A stretch of 64,000 nucleotides of DNA from Octopus sinensis (lineage: Eukaryota): the NCBI RefSeq assembly GCF_006345805.1, contig NC_043003.1:107012001-107076000 (forward strand), written 5' to 3'. Below the pieces are notes generated by a model, which was not told the DNA's origin, ran no database searches, and saw only the letters and a program-made list of their open reading frames with translations. Position 1 is the first letter of the stretch. Every line of letters starts with the position of its first letter. Of the stretch, positions 11,493 to 23,624 are shown piece after piece. The position numbers were made by a program, and so were the translations under genes.

Positions 11493-11795
11493 AAGGCGCG
11501 TGGCTTAATGGCTAGGATATTCAGCTCACGATCGCAAGGCCGTGTGTTCAATGCCCAGCGGTGCGTTGTGCTCTTGATTAAGACTCCTTATTTCACGTTA
11601 CTCCTGTCAAAAATGAGTAGTGTCTGTATTTCAAAGAGTCGGCCTTGTCATATTCTGTGACGCTGAATCGCCTTGAAAACTACGTTAAGAGTATGCATGT
11701 CTGTGGAGTGCTCAGCCACTTGCACGTTAATTTGATGAGCAGGCTGTTCGGTTGATCGGATCAGCTGGAACCCTCGTCGTCGTAACCGACGGAGG
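11493..11795 (+). mobile_element. SINE family B-related older copy
   Basis: tRNA-like head; shared 3' block GGAGTGCTCAGCCACTTGCACGTTAATT..CGTAACCGACGG. Confidence 0.75.
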
Positions 11796-11880
11796 GCCAG
11801 TAATCTCCTGGTTCATACTTGTTTCAAAACTGAGACGCTGTTTAAAATAGGAGTCGAAAAAAGAAAAACATTTACCAAAT

Positions 11881-12290
11881 AGGCGCAGGAGTGGCTGTGT
11901 GGTAAGTAGCTTGCTTACCAACCACATGGTTCCGGGTTCAGTCCCACTGCGTGGCACCTTGGGCAAGTGTCTTCTACTATAGCCTCGGGCCGACCAATGC
12001 ATTGTGAGTGGATTTGGTAGACGGAAACTGAAAGAAGCCCGTCGTATATATTAAATGTATATGTATGTGTGTGTGTGTTTGTGTGTCTGTGTTTGTCCTC
12101 CTAGCATTGCTTGACAACCGATGCTGGTGTGTTTATGTCCCCGTCAATTAGCGGTTCGGCAAAAGAGACCGATAGAATAAGTACTGGGCTTACAAAGAAT
12201 AAGTCCCGGGGTCGAGTTGCTCGACTAAAGGCGGTGCTCCAGCATGGCCACAGTCAAATGACTGAAACAAGTAAAAGAGTAAAGAGTAAA
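11881..12290 (+). mobile_element. SINE family A with 10-bp TSD
   Basis: Full length; ATTTACCAAA at 11870-11879 and from 12292. Confidence 0.92.
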
Positions 12291-13156
12291 TATTTACCAA
12301 AAAAAAAAAGGTTGGTTTTTCCTTTGAAGCATCTTTGCGCGTGGTGAATCTTCTTTAAAAAGTGTATGGTAATATCTGCTTCCCTTTGGGGCGGGGGGTA
12401 AACAGCAGATGGAGTTTCTCAACAACGATTCTTGGGTATTTTAGAAAAGTCAAAAGATCGGTGCTCGAATTTGGTCAAACATTTGTTCTTCGGAACAAGC
12501 AACTGCTGTACGGCTGTTGTTCACCCACTCACCCCCATGTTATGTACACCTTGACTACCTTTGTTCAACCTTTCAAGAACAACGTCCTCTGAGCTATATT
12601 TTGAGGAACATTTACCATTCCTTTGACTATCTCATTTCATTTCTTCTGTAAGTGAAAGAGGTCTGGATGAAACTAGACCAACAGCCAGATGGCAATTATC
12701 CATTGGCATGGATTTGCCTCAATATCTTCTCGTTTATCTTTGATTATATAATCTCGTAGTTAACCAGTTTTGAATGCTCATGTAGATTTAAGAACAAATT
12801 TGCGATCGTAATGTTTATATAGTCGCGTAGACAGATATCACATTATTGTCCTACAATAGAAGCGAGATGCTCATTGAAATGCACCAATTTCTCAGTGGAG
12901 GCTCTTGGATAAATATGTACAGCAACGAGACTAGACATATTATTTGAGCGAAATTCATCTGCTTCTCTATGTGAGTCGAGCAACCATATGGAGGCACTCT
13001 CCTTTCTTTAAAATAAAATACGGTTATCGTTGTAGCTATTGTTGTTTAGTCCCAAGATAGCTCTGACTGAGAAAATACATAGTCAAAGATGTCCCAACCA
13101 TGACCATCTCGACTGTTATTTGAAACATAGAGTATCAATAACTACATTATCCAGTA

Positions 13157-13553
13157 CTAGCAGTATCGCCCGGCGTTGCTCGGGTTTGTAAGGGAAATAA
13201 CTATATAAGCATTTTTAGAGTATAGCCAAAAAATAGCAAAAAAATGCATTAAAAATGGAAAAAAAATTATGGTAATTTTTTTTTTAATCGTTGACTCATC
13301 GTAGACATTTTTAGAGAGTTACTTCCCTTATATAATAGCGAAAAAAATGCATTAAAATGGAAAAAAATTATGGTAAATTTTTTTAAATCGTAGACTCATC
13401 GTAGACGCGTGCTAATAGCCAGACGGGCTCGATATGAATCACGACTATAAGATACCCGAATTTGGTTAAACTGCACCGCAAAATGTGGGAGTAGTTAGGA
13501 ATCTAAATCGAAGGGGACAGACACTCACACAACTACAGTTTTATATATATAGA
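13157..13553 (-). mobile_element. non-autonomous Helitron with two ~102-bp internal repeats
   Basis: TC start, hairpin plus CTAG end, A|T target on the minus strand; homologous to 21691, 23625 and 28350 copies. Confidence 0.88.
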
Positions 13554-13903
13554 TATCCATTCTTTTTTAAGATGACAGTGTTACTCGCGGGAGATTTGGC
13601 TGCCAATTATAATAAACCGCCTATAAGTTCCCTCACCTTTTCAAACGAGACTCTCTGTATCCGGAAATCAGATAATACACCCATATCTCGTCAATTCTAG
13701 ATAAGATCTCTAAGAGCAACTGAAGGAAGTAATTAATTTTCTGTCAAGAAAGCACCAATAACAAGCTCATACATGACCGGATTTTCTTTTAAGATCTGAA
13801 GAACAGAAGAAGTATCGCGACTATCTTGAAGAAAAGTTCAGATTTTGAGGGAGAAATAGAAAGTCTAAACAATCCCTGGCACAATTTTTGTCTTGTTGCA
13901 TAT

Positions 13904-14303
13904 AGGCGCAGGAGTGGGTGTGTGGTAAGTAGCTTGTCTACCAACCACATGGTTCCGGGTTCAGTCCCACTGCGTGGCACCTTGGAAAAGTGTCTTCTAC
14001 TATAGCCTCAGGCCGACCAAGGCCTTGTGAGTGGATTTGGTAGACGGAAACTGAAAGAAGCCCGTCGTATATATGTATATATATATATATGCGTGTGTGT
14101 CTGTGTTTGTCCCCTAGCATTGCTTGACAACCGATGCTGGTGTGTTTATGTCCCCGTTAATTAGCGGTTCGGCAAAAGAGACCGATAGAATAAGTACTGG
14201 GCTTACAAAAGAATAAGTCTCGGGGTCGAGTTGCTCGATTAAAGGCGGTGCTCCAGCATGGCCGCAGTCAAATGACTGAAACAAGTAAAAGAGTAAAAGA
14301 GTA
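13904..14303 (+). mobile_element. SINE family A, full length
   Basis: Matches family A throughout. Confidence 0.92.
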
Positions 14304-14421
14304 TAATATATAGCAACACAAGAATTTTTAAACCAGCCTGATGAGTCAGTAGATCATTACTGGATGTCTAAACAATGGTCAAATCTGAATATTTTTAGCG
14401 ACATACGAGATCAGTTTAATA

Positions 14422-15629
14422 CGCAGTCTGATCAATAAGTATCCGGACTGATGCTATAGTAACGAAGCTAAAACACGCAGGGTGAAGCCGCCTGGCAAAG
14501 ATTAATTTTGAACACTACTGAACATGCACACTAAGTTTTAACGTTATAGCTTACTTTTGCTGTTTAGAGCTTTGCTTGGAAGGAAGGTGTGTAGCGTGTG
14601 ATCGTCGCATTGACTATCACAGAGAAAGTTGAGCAGAGAATACAAGATCTTGTGTAATTGAAGTTCGAGTGTCTTTTTGGTCAACTAAAGGCAGTTTTGG
14701 CACAAGCTTGGCAGCCACATGTCTCATACCTATTTCTTGACTACCCACAAGGGGCTAAACATAGAGGGGACAAACAAGGACAGACAAACGGATTAAGTCG
14801 ATTACATCGACCCCAGTGCGTAACTGGTACTTAATTTATCGACCCCGAAAGATGAAAGGCAAAGTCGACCTCGGCGGAATTTGAACTCACAACGTAACGG
14901 CAGACGAAATACCTATTTCTTTATTACCCACAAGGGGCTAAACACAGAGGGGACAAACAAGGACAGACATAGGTATTAAGTCGATTACATCGACCCCAGT
15001 GCGTAACTGGTACTTAATTTATCGACCCCGAAAGGATGAAAGGCAAAGTCGACCTCGGCGGAATTTGAACTCACAACGTAACGGCAGACGAAATACCGCA
15101 AAGCATTTCGCCCGGCGTGCTAACGCTTCTGCCAGCTCGCCGCCTTGTCTCATATCCAAATCTTTAGTAACTAATCTGCACATCCTCTTATTACTCACGG
15201 ATGGTGATCCGACGATTTCCCCTCTCAGCTGCTCGCTCATCTGCAATGTTTTTCTCAGTTCGGCTAGTTGCACGTCTCCCAGAACGTTCGTCTTTATCGA
15301 CATTTTTTCGGCCATCTTGGAAACGTCTGAACCACTCGTACACCTGTGCGCGGCTCATACACTCTTCTCCATACACTTTCTGCAACTTTACGTAGGCCTC
15401 TGAGTAGGTATCACCATGACAACATTTTCTGTCATAGTCAATACGAAGATCACACGTTACACACTTTCTTTCCAAGCACTGCTGTAAACAGCGGACGCGA
15501 GCTAGAACGTTCAAACTTAGTGTGCATGCACAGCAGAGTTCAAGGCCAATCTTTGCCAAGCGACTTCATCCTGCTTGCTTTAGCTTCGATACTATGGCGA
15601 CAGTCCAGATACTTATTGATCAGATCTCG
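14422..15629. mobile_element. mariner derivative built from two 5' ends; transposase N-terminus on the minus strand
   Basis: TA-flanked TIRs CG(C/A)..TCTGATCAATAAGTATC(C/T)GGACTG; minus reading YGEECMSRAQVYEWFRRFQDGRKNV..RSGR..RRITIRE and DLDMR-HVAAKLVPK across the SINE; about 200 bp of terminal homology between the ends. Confidence 0.85.
14729..15146 (-). mobile_element. SINE family C dimer (one head + two ~183-bp units) with one 9-bp TSD
   Basis: Unit junction GAAATA|GGTATTTCGTC; TGTCTCATA at 14720-14728 and 15146-15154. Confidence 0.88.
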
Positions 15630-16140
15630 TATTTCCATTAATACAATTACATGTTGATAATAGATGATATATATTTGTTCTATATCCAGCGCTATAAAAA
15701 AAAACAAAAAAAAAACCCTGGGACAACCTTGTCGGTTCTGATTGAAATATCGTCGTTATAAGCCAAGTATTTTTTTTAAGACTGAACATATAAAACTTTC
15801 TGTTTAGTATTTGTTATAGCACCTGGCAGGAATCTTGCAAAAAAAAAAAAAACAAGCTTGTACTGGAGTAAAAATCAAATACATAAGCTTACAACTAGAA
15901 ATTTATACCACGATACAGAAAGCTGCTTATTAATTAGTTTGGAGTATGAAACTTTTATAAAAAGAAAACAATTATTAAAGTCTACACTGTCTAGAAAATT
16001 CTTAAAATTCCAATATAATTTTCAATCAAAATGTCACTTCCAGGATTTTTTCATTATTGAAGATTTCAACAGAAAACTAATTTTTTTAGTTCACTGCAAG
16101 ATAGTGTTCCCTCTTCAAATTTTAACTCTCCCTCTCTCAT

Positions 16141-16184
<44 letters not shown>

Positions 16185-16538
16185 ACTCAGGACTATAGCA
16201 TGAAATCTGTTATGTATTCTCGATAGTTAATTCATTTGCTGAGATTTTTATTGTTCGTGTTATTACAGTTCATATTATAAACGGGAATGAAGTAATATCC
16301 TTTTCCATCTCAGTCAATCTGTAACTGTGTGTTTATGTAGGTTATTAATACTAAAATGTGATCGGCTTGAAAAACTGTTTAGATACTAAAATATTTTTCT
16401 TAGCATGAAACCATTAATACACAAATAAAGTAATTCTATCCACCAATGCGGTGTTGAGCACTCATTTTCATTGTTCGACATTTACGCATATACATACACA
16501 CACACACACATATATATATTTATATAATATAATATAAA

Positions 16539-16570
<32 letters not shown>

Positions 16571-16574
<4 letters not shown>

Positions 16575-16917
16575 ATTAATGAAGGGTGAAATTAATTAAT
16601 TTGGAATAATTATCAATTACACCAAGTAGTCTTCGGCATGTAAAAGCCTCATTCGAGGAGAATTTAAGTAATACTAAGCAATAAAGGGTTAGCAACGAAT
16701 TGCCTTACCACATACCGAATTTAGAAATAGCAGTCAAAGAGTTATAGCTATTTCTTCTACTAAAAAGGGAGATCTCAGTAAAAACAGCAAAAACAGCAAA
16801 AATTGCTGTTTTTACTGAGATCTCCCTTTTTAGTAGAAGAAATAGCTATAACTCTTTGACTGCTATTTCTAAATTCGGTATGTGGTAAGGCAATTCGTTG
16901 CTAAACCCTTTATTGCT

Positions 16918-16919
<2 letters not shown>
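16571..16919. mobile_element. asymmetric fold-back element (Penelope-like architecture), same family as 24567-25040
   Basis: Arms about 16675-16790 and 16803-16919 are near-perfect reverse complements; left arm extends ~100 bp further; embedded in (TA)n. PLE link is inference. Confidence 0.75.
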
Positions 16920-16992
<73 letters not shown>

Positions 16993-17154
16993 GTACATAC
17001 TTACTTCTATATATATGAGTGTGTGTGCGTGCACGTGTGTGTGTGCGTGCACGTGTGTGTGTGCGTGTGTGTGTATGTATTTATATATGTATATATATAT
17101 CTATATCTATATATATATATAGTACGTTTAAATATGTATATATATATATTATAT

Positions 17155-17196
<42 letters not shown>

Positions 17197-17208
17197 ATAC
17201 ATACATAT
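16920..17208. repeat. (TA)n/(TG)n microsatellite
   Basis: Seen directly. Confidence 0.95.
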
Positions 17209-17869
17209 GTGAGCACAGGAAGTCACGAAACATGTACAACAAAACGTATGAAGTACGAGTACATGGAATATGAACTATTTTTTCAAACAACGAAAAGCAC
17301 AAACGGAAAACAAGACAAATAACATAAAGAACGACCCTTCATCAGTTGTTGGCTGTTTTTCTACACTCGTATTTCGAGTAGCGATGGAAAATAATGCAGA
17401 GCAAATAAGTTATACAAGCAAATGGGTTCAAACCGACTGGAAGTTTATCAATATTATTTTTTTCAACACATCTTAGGTGTGCAATTTAGTTCACTGTTCT
17501 GCAAAGGCAGAGATATTCTGATATGTATGCATACGATAAACTGAGTGAGGACTTTGACGTGAATAAGTTAAGTCAACGTAGTACCTGATTTCTTCATAAA
17601 TTCTAATGCTGTCTTTGAGCAGTTGCCATTATTCTAGATTTATTTACTGGTCGAGTGAGTGCTATTAGATGAATAATTGAATCAGAGGGAAATGAGACTA
17701 ACAGATCAGAAAACTTACACAAATTGGGAATCAAATGAGGAAATATTATTTAGCAAGTAACAGCAGAAAACTGCCTGGAGAGCAGTGCTTCTGCTAGTTG
17801 CGAGAATGCTGGGAATGAAAGACCAAAATAACCCCAGTTATAATTGGACACCTTGGTAATTCTGAGCTC

Positions 17870-18656
17870 TAAGGCGGCGAGCTGACAGAAACGTTAGCAC
17901 GCCGGCCGAAATGCTTTGTGGTATTTCGTCTGCTGCTACGTTCTGAGTTCAAATTTCACCGAGGTCGACTTTGCCTTTCATCCTTTCGGGGTCGATTAAA
18001 TAAGTACCAAGTACGCACAGGGGTAGATATAATCGACTTAATCCGTGTGTCTGTCCTTCTTTGTCCTCTCTGTGTATAGCCCCTTGTGGGAAGTAAAGAA
18101 ATAGGTATTTCGTCTGCCGCTACGTTCTGAGTTCAAATTCCACCGAGGTCGACTTTGCCTTTCATCCTTTCGGGGTCGATTAAATAAGTACCAGTTACGC
18201 ACTGGAGTCGATATAATCGACTTAATCCGTGTGTCTGTCCTTGTTTGTCCCCTCTATGTTTAGCCCCTTGTGGGTAGTCAAGAAATAGGTATTTCGTCTG
18301 CCGCTACGTTCTGAGTTCAAATTCCGCCGAGGTCGACTTTGCCTTTCATCCTTTCGGGGTCGATTAAATAAGTACCAGTTACGCACTGGAGTCGATATAA
18401 TCGACTTAATCCGTGTGTCTGTCCTTGTTTGTCCTCTCTGTGTTTAGCCCCTTGTGGGTAGTAAAGAAATAGGTATTTCGTCTGCCGCTACGTTCTGAGT
18501 TCAAATTCCGCCGAGGTCGACTTTGCCTTTTATCCTTTCGGGGTCGATTAAATAAGTACCAGGTACGCACAGGGGTAGATATAATCGACTTAATCCGTTT
18601 GTCTGTCCTTGTTTGTCCTCTCTGTGTTTAGCCCCTTGTGGGTAGTAAAGAAATAA
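17870..18656 (+). mobile_element. SINE family C tetramer (50-bp head + four 184-bp units) with one 14-bp TSD
   Basis: Units start at 17920, 18104, 18288 and 18472; GTAATTCTGAGCTC at 17856-17869 and 18657-18670; one A-box-like head, a B-box GAGTTCAAATT in each unit. Confidence 0.92.
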
Positions 18657-18982
18657 GTAATTCTGAGCTCAGACTAGGAACACAACTCGTGACTTACAGA
18701 ATATCGCCTTATTGGACATGGACAGATATAAATAGGGAAAGTGGAAATGAAGCAAATGGATAAATTAAGTTCAGACTGTTGTTCTATGTACACTAACAAA
18801 CTATGGTTTTCAATTCATCATTAAACCCATTTTTTTTTATTCATACTAATATACAAATCACACATCTTATTCTTCTGGTTTGGCTGCATCTCGAACCCTT
18901 CATATCTGTTCGAGTTAAGCTCTATATTCAGCCTCACCAAGAAATGTACTATATATACGTTCGTAAAATCTACTCTGTATAT

Positions 18983-19243
18983 TGCTGCTGCTGCTGCTAC
19001 TACTACTACTACTACTATTATTACTACTACTGCTGCTGCTGCTACTACTACTACTACTACTACTACTACAACTACTGCTATTACTGCTACTGCTGGTACA
19101 ACTACTACTACAACTACTGCTATTACTGCTACTGCTGGTACTACTACAACTACTGCTACTACTACTACTACTACTACTACAACTACTGCTATTACTGCTA
19201 CTGTTGGTACTCCTACAACTACTGCTGCTACTACTACTACTCC
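18983..19243. repeat. (TAC/TGC)n compound trinucleotide repeat
   Basis: Seen directly; source of the poly-Leu and poly-Tyr ORFs. Confidence 0.95.
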
Positions 19244-19746
19244 CCTAGATGAGCAGTAACAAAGATGTCCAGTTGCTTTTGGTCCAATGCCTCTTTTCTT
19301 GTTTCGTCTTGACTCGTCTCATGTCGCTATTGGTCTACAATCTCGCTCAATCAGCAATAACTGTTCGTTTGCCTTTTATTCTGAGTAATTATTTCATTTC
19401 GCCTTCCTCTGAAATCATCATCCCCAGTGACTCCAACACTCACCTCTGCTCTTAACTTTCACATTCCTTCTATATCGAGACTAAACTGTATTTTTACATG
19501 TCCCCCCCCCCACTAACTACTATAACCCAGGCTCTCACACCAAAACACCAAGTACACTCGATCTTTTTGTCACCCTCAAAGCAAGACTACTTTATCGTCA
19601 CTTTGACAACATCCATTCAATAGTCAAATCTCCACTTCACCGCTTCAGTGCACCACACATCCTCACATTGTACAATATTCACTCTTAAACCTGATTTTAA
19701 AAGTCAGCTGGCTGATCGGAGCCATTGATTAATCCGACAAGGAATG

Positions 19747-20112
19747 TGCCCCACCCCCACCGCCTGATCCAAGGAAGACAGATAATCGGATGATAGATAC
19801 AATTCTCCCAGACATATCGTTTCATGTCCCTCAAATAAAGACCACGACCTCAAATCTAAATTGCTAATTGCCCCACCCCCACCGCCTGATCCAAGGAAGA
19901 CAGTTAATCGGATGATAGATACAATTCTCCCAGACATATCGTTTCATGTCCCTCAAATAAAGACCACGACCTCAAATCTAAATTGCTAATTGCCCCACCC
20001 CCACCGCCTGATCCAAGGAAGACAGTTAATCGGATGATAGATACAATTCTCCCAGACATATCGTTTCATGTCCCTCAAATAAAGACCACGACCTCAAATC
20101 TAAATTGCTAAT
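19747..20112. repeat. 3 x 122-bp near-identical tandem repeat
   Basis: Units start at 19747, 19869 and 19991 (TGCCCCACCCCCACCGCC...). Confidence 0.92.
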
Positions 20113-21183
20113 TATTTTATCAATCCCAGAAAACTGAAAGATAAAGTCCACAACTCCATCGGAATTTAAACCCAAAACGTAGCAGGTTGTGATACCCCAA
20201 GGACTTTTTTTTTTATCCAACACTTTGCTCTTTCTGAAACACGAACACCTTAATAAAATGGTAATTTTGTGCAAGGCTAAAAATTAATGCAACACATTAC
20301 AGAACAACACAAATTATTGATTTTTAACATTGAGCCAATGTTAAAGGCTACTAAATTTATGGCAAGTTGGTATAAACGATTAAATCTGTTCAAGTACTTG
20401 ACAGTTACTTTATTTTATACAACCCGGATGATGAAAAATGGGGTTGACCTAGGCAAGATTCAAACTTAATACAATGCAAAATATTAAAGTTGGTACTTTA
20501 TTGTTTCCGCCACTCCTTTTACTGATAAAGATTTCTTACATACAGCGTGAGAAGTAAAAGTTATCGAAATATCGAGAGACAACTGGTTCGTTGTCGCATC
20601 CACAGGAAGATGAAACCAAGCCCTTATGAATTAAAATTAAACTTGACTGTCTGCTTGTTCTATCTCGTGAGAATTATTTCTTACTCGAAGCCTACTAATG
20701 TATAATTTGATTAAAATAGCTTTTCACAGATTTTATAGAATTCCACTTACATACATACGCACGCGTAAATATACATGCGTACACATACACCCAGGTTCAT
20801 GCATACCTATACACGCTTGCATACACACCTATACGAGCATATTTGTGTGCTTTCTAGCAGTAATTAAGATGTAGAATTTCATTTACGTTTCTTTCATTGG
20901 ACAAAAGACTTGAGATTCTGTTAACCAGTTTTATATTGAATCGCTTCTATCCTCTAACAATGTGCGTGATTCGTACAGGAAGTGGGTTATAACGTTTTCT
21001 TGTATGAATGGAAGAGGAAAGATTCTGACACGCAAAGAGACATATTCAAACTGGAAGTATTTATTTAAATAAGGCCAATGTGAATGTGTTAGTGAGTGAG
21101 TAAACAGAGATTGCCTCACGGGCAAGCGAGTAACAACAATAATTACATGGACGCGTATGCGTGTGTCCCCCTCTCTCTCCATT

Positions 21184-21221
<38 letters not shown>

Positions 21222-21356
21222 TATCCACAAGTATGTATACATATATATGCATATGTGTGTATACATATATTAATACATACACATACACATATATCGATAT
21301 TTATATTTATATAGAGATACACACACACACACGTACGCGCGCTCTCACGCACACAG

Positions 21357-21389
<33 letters not shown>

Positions 21390-21690
21390 CACGCATATAC
21401 ATATCTCACTTTTTAAAGTTACTTCTACAGGTTGTCTATAAAAACTAGAGCCAACATTGAAAGTTACGATGTTTCGTATTCGAATACGTTCATGTAAACA
21501 ATGCAATCGAAGATAGAAAAAGATAGGTATTCAGTGTATATAGATATTTCAGGACTTATTGCTCCTTCGTCAGTACTACATTCAATCCATTAACCATCCA
21601 CGAACATATTGGTTGAATAGCCACCAAAATAAACGCATTCTTAGCAACTGATACGTACATGTTAACTGCTGATAGGGACACCATAGTTTA

Positions 21691-22198
21691 TCTATATATA
21701 TAAAACTGTAGTTGCGTGAGTGTCTGTCCCCTTCGATTTAGATTCCTAACTACTCCCACATTTTGCGGTGCAGTTTAACCAAATTCGGGTATCTTATAGT
21801 CGTGATTCATATCGAGCCCGTCTGAGTATTAGCGCGTCTACGATGAGTTTACGATTTTAAAAATAATTTAACATCATTTTTTATTCCATTTTAATGCATA
21901 ATTTTTCGTGTGTCGATGGCGGCGGAGTTGGCGTCCATGGTCACACCTGCACCTGTTTGCTTCTCCCCCTTCTTCCCTCCCTCGTGAAGCTGTGGGGAAG
22001 GGAGTGTAAGGAAATCAACGTCGAAAAGCGTTGTCAAGGAGACCAGCGTTCTTTTAGAACGACTTCATGGCTTGAAGACACCAAAACAGAAATGGCTAAG
22101 AAAGCCCGAATTGGCATCTATAAGGGAAGTAACTCTCTAAAAATGCTTATATAGTTATTTCCCTTACAAACCCGAGCAACGCCGGGCGATACTGCTAG
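21691..22198 (+). mobile_element. non-autonomous Helitron with a unique ~215-bp internal segment
   Basis: A|TCTATATATATAAAAC...CCCGAGCAACGCCGGGCGATACTGCTAG|T. Confidence 0.9.
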
Positions 22199-22467
22199 TT
22201 GTTTATAAATGTAATCTCCTTTCATACCCACAGAAAATGTATCCTACTTGTACACTCACCCGAAGTATATTTGCGTGTATGCATCTGTTTACCATAATAT
22301 ATTATAAATACAAATAACCTCATTGAAAACTTATCAGAAAACTTATCATAAGTCTTTAACGAACTCTAGTGAACTTCCTTTCTCTATTATATATACATAC
22401 ATACGAAAGTAGCAGGTAACAGCTAACCTTTGGACACTGTTTTGGACATCGTTGTATCAACCACTCT

Positions 22468-22603
22468 GATTGGTTGGTATTGGCGCAATTTGTCTCTTAC
22501 TCTATTGTGCGCCAATATGCAACCCAACCAATCGCAGCCTCCGAATAAATCACGTGAGACAGTCTGTTCTAAACTACATTTGAGCCTACCGTTAGCTATA
22601 AAA
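22468..22603 (+). promoter_or_regulatory. promoter-like motif cluster (inverted CCAAT and TTGGCGC pairs, TCACGTGA, TATAAAA)
   Basis: GATTGGTTGG/CCAACCAATC and TATTGGCGCA/TGCGCCAATA inverted pairs; TCACGTGA 22550-22557; TATAAAA 22597-22603; GCCACCATG 22693-22701. Function unproven. Confidence 0.35.
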
Positions 22604-23170
22604 ACTCACCTCCTCCTAGTCTCGGCGTCTTTTGGTTCCAGACCTTCTAAGGTCTAACCACTGACCATATTACAGTGACTTCCATCTTTGTCGCCACCAT
22701 GATGTCTCTCACTAACGTCGTCAACATCTACACAGCACAGCTTCTAACATATCGCTGTTCATGAGCGTCCTCTCCGGGGTTAATAGCAAACATACAACCC
22801 ACACAGGTGTGTGTAGATATATGAATATATGTCCATCAAACACTTCCATTTATCATTCAGCATTTGTATGTGTGTGTGTGTGTGTGTGAGGCCCACATTA
22901 AAGACATTTAAAGTCACCATCTTGTTCCATGTATTTCTTTATTCCGAGTTTCCTGTCAAATGATATTACCGCCTTCTGAGTAGAGTCACATTAGATGGAA
23001 TACAACCTATCCTTCTTTAAGTCTTCCAATCATGGCCCTCCCAAAACACACATTTTAAAATTTATATGTATATATATATATATATTATATATATATATAT
23101 ATATAATATATATATATATAATACATACATACATACATACATACATACATACATACATACATACATACAT

Positions 23171-23209
<39 letters not shown>

Positions 23210-23624
23210 AACACACACACCGGAGTACAGAAATTCAAATACAAAGTTTTTAAAGTATACAAATTTACAATTATACACCACTAGAAACATGCAATACGTG
23301 CATATATAGCGTATATGGTGGCTTATAAGATGTCCTTATTTCATAAATTATGTCTCAAAGAGTTACCCCAGATCCTTTAAGCAAATTTTGTCCCTGACAC
23401 CCACATACTCCTGAATATGCGCTACTGAAATTGGGGTACATCTAATACGCTCGTGCATCTTCCATGCGATCAAATACAGTAAATGTACTAATCTAATAAA
23501 TTACAATTTATAAATTGCGAAATACAAAATGTGAAATCCGAAATCGAAAATCGAAAATATCAAATTGCAAAAGTTACATTATGGAAATGACAATATTATA
23601 GAATACAAAATGCGAAATGCGTAA

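Noticed and set aside
14333-14372. CTGATGA followed by a CAGTA/TACTG stem as a hammerhead
   Set aside because: The required GAAA and NUH elements are absent (GATGTCTAAAC follows); at best a decayed remnant.
17339-17352. Minus-strand CTGATGA as a hammerhead 5' half
   Set aside because: No complementary helix II strand plus GAAA found downstream on that strand.
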